A stretch of 64,000 bases of DNA. Source: a virus. Lineage: Duplodnaviria > Caudoviricetes. This document shows positions 54,041 through 64,000 of this stretch, piece after piece. Both the position numbers and the translations under genes were made by a program. The stretch spans positions 32,001 through 96,000 of IMG/VR virus record IMGVR_UViG_3300025924_000001. One strand, given 5' to 3'. The first letter of the stretch is position 1. Each line of letters opens with the position of its first letter. The notes beneath the pieces are model-generated. The model saw nothing but the letters and a program-made list of their open reading frames with translations, did no database searches and was not told the DNA's origin.

Positions 54041-57000
54041 ATGACCGACACACGGGACACCGCGAACGAGGCGGCCGCCCACGGCCACTTCGACGTTCGC
54101 GCCTACGGCCAGGTGTGGCTCGAGGTCTGCCCCGAGCTGGGAACCGTGAGCCTCGTCAGTCGGGTGACCGAGGACGAGATCTGCCTGGAGGTTGACCTGA
54201 TCGACGAGGTCATCACCGCGTTCACCTCCGTCCGTGAGCTGCTGAACGTCGACCCGAGGGAGAAGAAGAAGTGACGGATCGTCAGATCGCGAAGCCCCTG
54301 CCGTTGGAGCTGCGGGCGGCGGTCGACGTCGCGAGCCGCGTGCCCGGCGCCGGCAGGGTGCACGTCACCGACTACGCGGTGTGGGTGGACGGCGCGGAGC
54401 GCTGGGTGTGCCCCAAGTGCCTCAGCGTCTGGGCGAACCACGAGCTGCGCGCCCACCACTACTGCCCGAACCGGCGGTGCGACCACCCGGTCGCGCCCTG
54501 AGGAAGAGATGAGGAACGAATGAGCTTCACTGAGCGAGCCGCGCGAGGCGCGGCTCGGTTCGACCAGGTTCGACCCGGCTGGTCCAGTGGGATCAACCCG
54601 GGAACCGTGGACGTGCGCTCCTTGAACCGGTGCCCCGCCGGCCAGGTGTTCGGCTCCTTCAGCGTCGCGCTCAAGGAGCTGGGGATCAACGGTCAGGATC
54701 AGGAGACCATCGTCGAGCTGGGCCTGGACGTCCACCCGCACGAGAGCACCCGAAACGGCTACGCGGCGCTCTCCGCGGCGTGGGAGAGCGAGATCAACGA
54801 GCGGGTGAACCGCCGGTGAGCGAGGAGCTGATTCCCGTGAACCGGGAGCTGACCGCCGCGGTGCCCCTCGTCGTGAACCACCTGCGCGAGCTGAACCGAG
54901 ACCCCAAGCTGCCCGTCGCCGAGTGCCTCGGCCGGGCGCGGCTGCTGACCGCGGTCGACATCCGCGTCGAGTTCAAGAGCGATCCCAAGCTGCGCGCCGC
55001 GTTCCTGGAGGTCCTGCTCGTCTCGGACGCCGAGATCAAGGAGGTGAGCCGTGGCGCGCGGTGAGCCCAAGCGTCGGCCCACCCGGGACGAGCTGACTCA
55101 GGCCGCGAGCGTCGCGTGGGCGCTGTCCGGGGCGACGAACGTGACCGTGACCGAGTTCGCGGCGTACGCTCACGGAATCGAGGCGTGGGTGTGCCCGCAC
55201 TGCCTCGAGGTCACCGACGTGAGCCAGCGGATGCCGCTCGCGCCCGCGAACTGCGAGAGCTGCGGCGCGCTGCTGCAGCCGTGAGATGAGGGAGGGTGAG
55301 CCGGTGACGCTCGAAGAGGGTCCCCTGACCTACCAGGGGGTTCAGGTGGGTTTTGAGATACGGGAGGCGGACGGCTCGTGGCACCGGGTGACGGGCCACA
55401 CGGTCAGCCGCGGGGGCGGCATCACGCTTCAGCTCGTCGACGCCAGGACGGGGCAACCCAGCGAGGTAAGCGGGCCACCGACCACCGTGGTGACGGCGCG
55501 GTGGCCGGCGTGGTAGCCCCGGGCGAGAACCCGAAGGTTCGAATCTCGAAGCCGACATGCCAGCACGTGGCGAGGGGTTACGTGTGCTGGCCGGCGACGT
55601 TCGACCGCGGCCAGCCGCACGCCTCCACCCACACCTGTGACCGCGCGGCCTGCATCGAGGACGCCGCCCTGTGGGTGGCGGCTCACACGGGCCACCGCGG
55701 TGAGTTCCACCCGTTCAGCTAGGAACGACGAAACCAGACCGAGAAAGACGAGACGAGGGAGACGAGCATGGTGGCGTGGGGACCGCGTGAGGTCGAGTGG
55801 CAGCCGACGACGTCGCGCGACGTTCTGGCGAGGCAGATCAAGCCGGGTGACATCGTGCAGAACAGCACGATGTCCTCGTGGTGGAAGATCGTCAAGATCA
55901 GCCGAGCGGATGGCCTCATCGAGATGGAGGGCTACCAGGTGCTGGGGTCGAACGAGCGGGGCAAGCTGATCATCGGCTCGATTCCCGGCAACCTGACGGC
56001 GGCGAGCAACGAGTCCCGGACCATCGGCTTCGCGTGAGCGTGAGTCCCGGGCGAGCGGTTGGCTCGCCCGGGGCCCTCGAGCACGACGGAGCGAGAGGAG
56101 GACCGCGGTGGAGAGTCGGATCACCCGTCAGGACGTCACCTTCGGGATGACCGTTCCCGAGACGGGAGCGGTGATGGCGGCGTTTGAGATCACGCTGCGA
56201 ACTCAGGACGGTCGCAGCCACCGGTTCTCGTACGGTGGTCGGGTGAGTGAGATGCTCGCGGGCCCGATCAGCGTCACCACGGCGACGATGCTCACGGTCG
56301 AGAGCCGACCGTCACCGCCGAGCTTGCGGCGGCAGCTGACGACGACGCTATGGGACAATCGGAACGCGACCCTGGATGATCAGGTGGCGGCGCTGCTGGA
56401 AGCGATCAGCGAGCGACCGAGCCTGCTGGATGACCTCGAGGAGCTGACGAGCGGTGACCGTGACTGACCACGTCGTCATCGACGGTCGAAACCCCCGGCT
56501 GATGGAGGAGGTGCGGTCGCGGCTGACCTACCTGCGTGAGCTGCACCTCGCCCAGCTCGGTGGGGCTCGTCGAGCCGGCAAGGCAACCGCGCGGCGCGTC
56601 ATCTCGATGACGTACGCCCTGGAAACGGTGGCGCGGTTGCACTACCACGAGGAGGGAACCGACGCGGTTCACTGGGTCACGTGCGAGCTGTGCTACACGG
56701 AGAGCGCGTGCCCCACCCTGCGGCAGGTCGCCGCGGGCGTGGGGATCCAGGTACCGTGAGCGAGCGACGAGAGGAGACGGTGACGTGAGGGTGGTCAAGG
56801 GAGCGTTCGTGGGACTGAGCGTGACGCCGCACCAGTTCTGCAACGACTGGGTGATGGTGAAGGAGTGGCCGAAGGAGGTGTTCTCGCCGCTCATGCTGCG
56901 GCTCGAGTCGGCGGAGGAGCACGACTTCTTTCGGAACGACCCCGAGCCGGGGGTCTTCTGGGACCTGTTCGACATCGCCCGGGACGGCTGCTTCGTGCGG

Positions 57001-57709
57001 AAGGTCACGCGGTGAGCAAGTTCAAGGTGGAGCGGTACTGCCTATGCGGTGCCGAGATGATCATCGAGAGCGACGGCCTCAGCGTCATCCGGGACACCGA
57101 CGTCGAGTTCACGCGACGGCACACCGGCGTCGGTCACGTGCCGTGCACCAAGCGGCAGGCCGCGAGGGCTCGCCGGCGGCAGCTGATCCGGGACGCGGAG
57201 GAGCTGGGACGCGATGAGTGACGACGCGAACGATTGGACCACGGCTCGGCACGACTTCTGGGGCCTGCCGAACGGTGATGTGCTGCAGAGCCACGACGTG
57301 ACCGCGTGCGACGGCTTTCCGTGCCCCCTGCACGACCCGTCGGACCACCCGCTTCGGTACGCGCCGCTGAACTGGCGATCGGACCGCTACCTCATGGAGC
57401 GAATCTGCCCGTGTGGGGTCGGCCACCCCGACCCGGACCACCTGATCCACGTGAGCCGGCTCTACAGCGAGGGCGTCGCGTGGGGTCAGAGCACCCACGG
57501 CTGCTGCCCGCGAGGGTGCTGCCGTGCCTGACGCCGACCACGAGGAGTTCGCGGCGGAGGCGAGTCGACCCGCAGGCTACACCGACCTCGGGCTGTCGGA
57601 CAAGGTGGGCTGGGACGTTCACGGTCACGTCTACGTCAACGACGAGCGGTGCTGCTGCCGCTGGTGGTTGACGCGATACCTGAACCGAGCGGTGGGGTGC
57701 CACCTGTGA
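54041..57709 (+). other. Run of about 14 small coupled hypothetical genes, several Cys/His-rich
   Basis: Head-to-tail ORFs with GTGA/ATGA overlaps (e.g. 54041-54274, 54271-54501, 54520-54819, 55051-55284, 55768-56037, 57214-57531). Confidence 0.55.
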
Positions 57710-57798
57710 ACCCGAGCTAACCCTGGCCAAAAGTGTTTACAACTGGTACGATTGCAGTAGTTGATCGGAACCAGGAACCGAACGAAAGGAGCACGAGA

Positions 57799-58059
57799 AT
57801 GGCGAGCGTGGAGCAGGTACAGGGCCAGATCGGCCTGGCCAAGGAGCAGGCCGACCGCGGCCTGACGGCGCTGCAGGAGGCTGAGACCCAGATCACCCAG
57901 GCCCAGCAGTCCTTCCAGGAGGCCGCGCAGGGCAGCAACCAGTCCGAGGCCAGCGACGTGAACAACGCATTCACGCACGCCCTGCAGAAGATCAGCGAGG
58001 CGCGGGACACGACCATGGCCGCGGTCAGCAACGCCGAGTCCTACGCGGGTCGGCTGTGA
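57799..58059 (+). CDS. WXG100-like helical hairpin protein
   Basis: 86 aa, two amphipathic helices around AQGS, C-terminal Y; AAAGGAG RBS. Confidence 0.5.
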   Translation: MASVEQVQGQIGLAKEQADRGLTALQEAETQITQAQQSFQEAAQGSNQSEASDVNNAFTHALQKISEARDTTMAAVSNAESYAGRL

Positions 58060-58391
58060 ACGCCGGCGAGGGTGCGATCGCGACGGTCACGCGGTCGTCG
58101 GAGCGAGAGCGGGTCGAGCGCGGCGCGGCGCTGCTGAGCGAGCGCCGCCCCGACTGGTACTGGAACGTCAACCTGAGCGACCTCGACATCCAGAGCCTCA
58201 AGCGGTGCGTGCTCGGGCAGCTGTACGGCGGCTACAACGTGGGGCTCAGCGAGCTCAACCTGCGAGCCTACAACGAGGACCGTCACCACGGCTTCGACGC
58301 GTACGCCGAGAACTACTCGAGGGAGGCCCTCCTGGTTCTCACCGACGAGTGGTGTCGAGTGATCACCGAGCTGCGGGCCGCGAACCCGTGA
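58056..58391 (+). CDS. Hypothetical protein, paralog of 54520-54819
   Basis: Shared RGAA...RP.W...D..SL.RC..GQ..G. Confidence 0.6.
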   Translation: MNAGEGAIATVTRSSERERVERGAALLSERRPDWYWNVNLSDLDIQSLKRCVLGQLYGGYNVGLSELNLRAYNEDRHHGFDAYAENYSREALLVLTDEWCRVITELRAANP

Positions 58392-58792
58392 GCGCTCAGG
58401 GTGCGGCGGACGGCCTGCCAACGTGCGACACCTGTGGATCACTCGCGGTCTGGAACGAGACGCTGGGCTGGGTTCACAGCACCGAGCGGTGGCCCCACGG
58501 CGTGCCGCCGCACCTGAACCGTTTCGGCCACGAGGCGACCGCGGTCGCGTGGGTGAGGGGCGAGAGCCGTGGCTAAGATGAAGGCCCGCGTGCGCTGCCC
58601 GTTCTGCAACAAGCCAAACGTCGTCGTGACGATCAGCGCCCGTGAGCGCGGCACCGCCGTCGTCACGAGCCTGCACACGCACACCGGGTTCTACGTCGAT
58701 GAGCGCACCGGCGAGCCGCTGCGCTGCACGGGCGTCGGCAAGTCAATCAGGAATCAGGACCTGCCCCCGATGAACGAGTGGGAGGAGTGGTG

Positions 58793-59020
58793 ATGAGCGA
58801 TCTGCGAGGATCCGACGAGGCGTTCCACGTCAGCAGCTACTGTCAGGATGGTGGCTGCGTGGCCGCGACCCGGGTCGTGACCCTCGACGGTGAGGAGCGC
58901 GTTCACCTGTTCAGCACCGTCGACGGCGGCAACACGTTCACGCGAAACGAGTGGGACGCGTTCGTCGCCGGCGTCGTGAACGGTGAGTTCGACTGGCACC
59001 GCCTGGGCGTGACGCCGTGA
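58793..59020 (+). CDS. DUF397-like protein
   Basis: SSYC..GGCV...FTRNEWDAFVAGV..GEFD. Confidence 0.75.
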   Translation: MSDLRGSDEAFHVSSYCQDGGCVAATRVVTLDGEERVHLFSTVDGGNTFTRNEWDAFVAGVVNGEFDWHRLGVTP

Positions 59021-59367
59021 CGCAGGACGAGGCGTTGCTGGCGTGGCTGCGGGTCGCGCTGACCGCGGCGCGTGAGCTGACTGAGCAGCTCAGCGCGAAC
59101 GGTCGACCCGACCCGCTGTACCGGTTCGAGGACGGTCGGTCGGGTCCAAGCCTCGGTCCCCGGGCGTTCCTCGACGGGGTCAAGGTCGACGAGGCGCTCG
59201 TCGCGGAGCACACCACCGGCGGCAAGCCGTGGTGCTCCCGCTGCGTTCCCGACCGCGACGCGCTCGGTGAGCCCCCGGCCGCGGTGGGACCGTGCCGGAC
59301 GCTCGTGTTCGTGGCCGCCCGGTACCGCAGCGTGATCCCCGGCTGGCGTGGGGAGTGGGCGACGTGA
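59017..59367 (+). CDS. DUF6221-like actinophage protein
   Basis: LLAWLR...PCRTL...A.Y...PGWRGEW. Confidence 0.5.
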   Translation: MTQDEALLAWLRVALTAARELTEQLSANGRPDPLYRFEDGRSGPSLGPRAFLDGVKVDEALVAEHTTGGKPWCSRCVPDRDALGEPPAAVGPCRTLVFVAARYRSVIPGWRGEWAT

Positions 59368-62300
59368 CCCGGGAGGACGGTGGCTCAACGGGCGACGCGT
59401 GCCTCGCCCACGGCGTTCACGAGCCGCTCGGCTCGGACGGGGTGCGCTGCCCGAGCTGCCGTCACGGCTACGCGACCGAGTCGGAGCTGGTCGACGCGTA
59501 CAACCGGGACGTCGTGTGGCTGCTGAACCGGGTTCGAGAGCCCGGCAAGCCGCCCCTGCGAACCGCGCCGAGCGCCCTCTACGTGTCGATCTGCCCGGTC
59601 TGCGGGTCCGAGCTGACCCCGCCCCGGCGGCTGCCGTGATCCTGGTGTGGGCGTACGTCGCCGGTGCGATCGGCTACCTCGCGTCGCGGGTCGTCTACGT
59701 GGCGCAGGAGCCTGGCCAGCTCGCGAACCTGCTGAACACGGTCGACGCCCTGCCGCTGCCGCGGTGGGTCGGCCGCACCATCGTGGTGGGGATGCTGGTC
59801 CTGATGAGCGCCGGTTGGCCGGTGAGCGTCGCGTTCCAGTTCCTGGGACGCGGCAAGCGGAACGGAACGAGGGGAGAGAACGAGTGAGCGTGGAGACCGC
59901 GATCCTCAGCCAGCTGCTGCGGGGCATGGCGCGCCGCAGCACGTACTGGCGACGCCAGCGGAACCACGCGCTCGGCAAGCGCGACCAGGCGTTGCGCGAC
60001 ACCCGCAGTGCGCTCGCCGCGACCGGGAACGCGCTCGGCCTGCGCGTGGTGGCGCACCCCAGTGACCTTCGTCGTGCGGCCCTGGAGCTGCGCGCGAACC
60101 TGCTTGAGCGGGACGAGCGGCTTCGGCAGTGCTACGACGCGATCACGACACTTCTCGGGGACGGCGGGGACGGACCGGCCGCGCGTCGCGAGGCCGAGCT
60201 GCTCGAGGTCGGGGTTGAGGACCTCAGTCACGAGGAGCTGCGCGGCCTGGTTGCGGAGCTTCGGGAGGCGCTCGACACGTGCCGCGAGCTGAACCGGGGC
60301 TGGGCGCGGTACGGCGAGCGAGTCCGCGAGGAGCGGCGCAGCCACGCGGAGCTGACCCGGGAGCTGCGCGAGCTTAAGGCGGAGCGAGAGGGTGAGGCAC
60401 GATGACCGACGCTCAGTTGGAGCGCGCGACCGAGGCGGTGCGGCGCTGCCACGGACCCAACGCCGAGGTGGAACCGACCGCATCCACCGAGTTCTACCGC
60501 TACGTGGCGGCTGAGGCGCTTCGGGCGGCGCGGCCGACGAGCGTGCACGACCGTGCCGTCGCGGCGCTCGCCGCGTGGCTGAACGGCTCCGACCACGAGG
60601 TGGAGAACCACCTGTACCACGCCGCGGAGGCCGCGCTGCGGCTGCTGAACCGCGAGGAGCTCGGCTGGCTCGGGGTTCACCTCGAGGCACGAGCCGAGAC
60701 GTCCCTGCACGAGGATGAGGAGACACCGTGACGAGGCACCACCGGGCCCGGATCGAGACGGCCTCCCGGAACCTGCGTAGCGCGCGGTGCGTGGGCGGCC
60801 CGCACCACGGTGAGCGCCGCCTGCTCGCGGCGGGCGAGACGTCCCTCGTGGTTCCCGGGTGGACGACGTTCCGGTACGAGCTGCGCGAGACGACCCGCGG
60901 TGAGGCGGTCCTGGAGTGGTCCTTCGTGCACCAGCCGAGCGAGGACGAGGGGCGGCGCTGAGCGTGCGGATCAGGCACACGGCCGCGGTCGCGCGGCACC
61001 CCTGGCCCGAGGGCACGTTCCTGCAGGGCGGCGAGCGCGGCCTCGTGCTCACGGTGGAGGGCTCCTACCGCACCGCATTCGTGGAAGGGTCCCCGCCGGA
61101 TGGCCCAGGGCCGGGGACGTTTCTGCGCGGCGAGGGCGCGACGCTCAGCGAGGCGGAGGACGCCTGCTGGGCGAGGTACCAGGCAATCGTCACCTGTCCA
61201 GCGCACCCGAGCCACGGGCCGTTCGAGCGCCGACACTACCGCAACGGCGCGGGGTTCTGCGAGCGGTGTGGCAGCTGGTTCTCGAGGGTGCTACCGCCGC
61301 TGGGTGAGAGCCAGGCTTACGGGCTGAGCGCCTTGGAGCGCGCCCTGACCGACGTGACCGGGGAGGCCGCCGTCGAGCTGCTGCGGCGGTACGCCGCCCC
61401 GGATGATGAGGAGCCGACCGGTGACCCTGGAGCGGTGTGAGGTCTGCGGCGGCGCGAACGTCACCTACGCGGCGTTCAGCGGCGGCCGCGAGTACTGGTG
61501 CGGAACCTGCGAGAGCAACCACCCGTGGCCCGAGGAGCAGCTGCCGCCGCGGCTCAAGCTGCTGCGGGCGGGCCGCCACGCGGAGCTGCGCGAGCTGATG
61601 CACCGCGAGCTGCACGACGCGCCCCAGGGCGTGAACGCGATCCGCACCTACTACCAGTGGCTGCGGTCCAGCGACGAGATCGAAACCAACGAGACGAGGG
61701 AGACGACGTGACGAAGCAAGCGAGCGAGGGCCAGGGCAACGAGCGGGGCGACGAGGGCGCCCCCGGCAGCGGCAAGGTCGGCGCGATCCGGGGCACGACC
61801 CGCGTGGTCGTGCACAACGCCAAGCACCTGGCCGGCAAGGCCAAGGGCAAGCTCGGTGGGACCGGCAAGTGAGCGAGAACCGGCACGGCTCGGCGACCGT
61901 CGAGCTGCACGACTGCCACGGTGACCCGGGTTGCTGCGGGTCGCCGGGCGACGCAACCGAGGGGGACGAGTGAGCGAGAAAACGATGCGACAGCCAGCAG
62001 CTGAGACCGCTCGGGAGGTACTGGATGAGGTACGGGAGAGCCTGCGCTACCGTGACAGTTGGGTAAGCCGGGACCGCGAGACCGAGCTGAAGCTGAGGCT
62101 CGCGGGCGAGCTGACGCGCCTCGCTCTCCTGGAGCTCGAGGTGGCCCGCGACGCACGAGCCGCGACGTGGCCGGGTCCGACCGCGTTCCTTGGGACGGGG
62201 CTGCCGACGTGAGCGGCGCCTGGGACGGGACCCGAATCCTGCGCTGCCAGGACGGGCCGTGGCACGGTGAGGAGCGCGTGTGGTCCGGGGAGGACCTCGA

Positions 62301-62830
62301 GGTGGAGGGCCGCACGGACGGGCTCTACGTGGCGTGGCCGAGCCGGGACCCGAACCGCCTGATCTGGTCGATCGAGCGGCGGCCGGGGTGGAACCGGTGA
62401 GCGCCGTCGACGCCCGTCCCGAGACGGAGCTGGCGGACGCCCTGTGGCGAGCCGCCGCAACCGCGATGTACGGAGCGGCGCACGGTCCCGCGACGAGCCG
62501 CAAGGCACGGCTCGCCACGGCTGCAGTCCTGCGTGAGCTCGCCACGGAGTCACGGCGGGCTGAGTCGAACGCGCACGAGTGGCTGAGCGGGCTCGCGACG
62601 GCCGTGACGACGGGGGAGGACCGGTGAGCGCGCCTGACGCGCCGTACCTGACCGTCGGTCGGCTCCGGGCGCGGCTCGCGGAGCTCGAGGCGGCGTTCCC
62701 GGAGCAGGACGTGAACGAGTGGGCGGTGGGCGCGGGAACGCCGACGTCGTTTCAGCTCGGCAGCGGTGACGTCGTCCACGTCAACCTGCCGCACCTGCGC
62801 TGCGTGGAGGTGCGGCTTCTTGAGCTCTAG
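59364..62830 (+). other. Run of small coupled hypothetical genes
   Basis: GTGA-overlapping ORFs, several with CxxC motifs. Confidence 0.5.
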
Positions 62831-63248
62831 CGGTGAGACCGAGTGCGCCCGCTGCGGGGACTGCTGCGACCCCGTGACCGTGAGCTTCCACGTGGAGACG
62901 TACGCGCCGCGTCGGCTCGCCGAGCCGGACCTGAGCCCCGAGGCCCGCGAGAACTGCGAGTTCATGCTCGCGCACTGGACGACCACGGCCAGCCTCGTCC
63001 GGGAGGGCGAGGCTGGCGAGGTGACGGTCGGGTACGAGGTGCGGTGCGACGCGTTCGACCCGGCGGCGCGGCTCTGCGGGGCGCACGAGGCGCGGCCCCC
63101 GGTGTGCCGGGACTTCCCGTGGTACGGCCGCGCCGTGGACGACGTCGAGGGCCGCGCGGTCGTGGCGGACGGCCTGTCGCCGCGGTGCTCGTTCAACCGG
63201 GACGTGCCCGGCCGCACGTTCCTTCCCCTGACGGTGGTGACCCGGTGA
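62820..63248 (+). CDS. YkgJ/CxxCxxCC cysteine-cluster protein
   Basis: CARCGDCC...CDAFD...LCGAHEARPPVCRDFP. Confidence 0.8.
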   Translation: MSSSGETECARCGDCCDPVTVSFHVETYAPRRLAEPDLSPEARENCEFMLAHWTTTASLVREGEAGEVTVGYEVRCDAFDPAARLCGAHEARPPVCRDFPWYGRAVDDVEGRAVVADGLSPRCSFNRDVPGRTFLPLTVVTR

Positions 63249-63634
63249 CGGAGACGAAGGTGGAGGCGGAAGTGGAAGCGGAATCGAAGACGGAAGTGGA
63301 GCCGACGGTGACGCCGACCGAGGACGAGCGTGAGCTGGCCCGGCGGGTCCTCGCCGCGCCCCTCGACGAGCGCGCGGCCGGGATCGGCGGCGCGACGACG
63401 GTGCGCGGGTACCTGGTGGCGCTGCTGTGGACGCTGTGGGACGAGAACGAGGGCTTCTCCCCGAAGCGCCCGTTCGGGGACAGCAACTGGGAGCTCGACC
63501 TTCACGGGTCGCTGTGGGCGGCCGGCCTCGTCCGCGGCGAGACCGACGAGGACGGTGACCTGGCGGACGTCGACGAGGACGAGGCGGACCGCCTGGTGCG
63601 GCTCGCGATCCGGGAGCTGGGTGAGCCGACGTGA
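63245..63634 (+). CDS. Hypothetical phage protein
   Basis: TVRGYL..LL.TLW.E.EGFS.KRPFG.S.W motif. Confidence 0.6.
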   Translation: MTETKVEAEVEAESKTEVEPTVTPTEDERELARRVLAAPLDERAAGIGGATTVRGYLVALLWTLWDENEGFSPKRPFGDSNWELDLHGSLWAAGLVRGETDEDGDLADVDEDEADRLVRLAIRELGEPT

Positions 63635-63864
63635 CCGTCTACCGCCGCGTGGTGAACCAGAACGTGGGCAACCAGACCGTCGTGGAGACCCTCGAGTGCG
63701 GGCACGACCTGACCCTGTACCGCCAGGTCCGGGGCGGCCGCGTGACCTGGGCCACGACGCGCGGCCAGGCGACGGGCCTGAGCACGAAGAGCCGGGAGTG
63801 CGAGCCGTGCACCGCCGAGGCGGCGCGCGCCGACGAGGAGCGGACGCGGGGGTGGCGCGAGTGA
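63631..63864 (+). CDS. Hypothetical protein
   Basis: LECGH...C..C; GTGA overlap. Confidence 0.5.
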   Translation: MTVYRRVVNQNVGNQTVVETLECGHDLTLYRQVRGGRVTWATTRGQATGLSTKSRECEPCTAEAARADEERTRGWRE

Positions 63865-64000
63865 GCGACGGGAGGCACCCCTACACGTGCGCGCGGTGCG
63901 GGGCGCGGGGCGTGCGGATCTTCCGCCCCGGCGGGACCTTCTTCCGGCCGGCGGACCTGCGGTGCGCGGAGTGCGTGGTCCTGGGGTCGGGCGCGGACCC

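Overview
High-GC, gene-dense segment of a tailed (siphovirus-like) actinobacterial phage or prophage. Left arm (1-32359, minus strand): virion operon read right to left as Rpf/LysM muralytic enzyme, TerS, TerL, fibre-like genes, a 1208-aa multi-domain portal, protease/scaffold, major capsid, decoration-like paralogs, a glycosyltransferase/epimerase/methyltransferase cassette, head-tail genes, tail tube, frameshifted tail chaperones, tape measure and a truncated tail protein. Centre (32651-35960): a Ro60/TROVE gene downstream of a ~1.3 kb ncRNA array with four tRNAs, five Y-RNA-like units sharing one scaffold but carrying different tRNA-mimic modules, and two further unexplained structured RNAs. 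This is the strongest candidate for an undescribed system. Right arm (mostly plus strand): many small accessory genes behind a repeated TTTACA-N17/18-TACGGT promoter, a TraB/FtsK-like translocase with membrane proteins and a dense DNA-level TGRCA motif array (plasmid-type transfer module), and a UDP-sulfoquinovose synthase. All calls are by-eye motif recognition and manual base pairing; no searches or folding programs were run.
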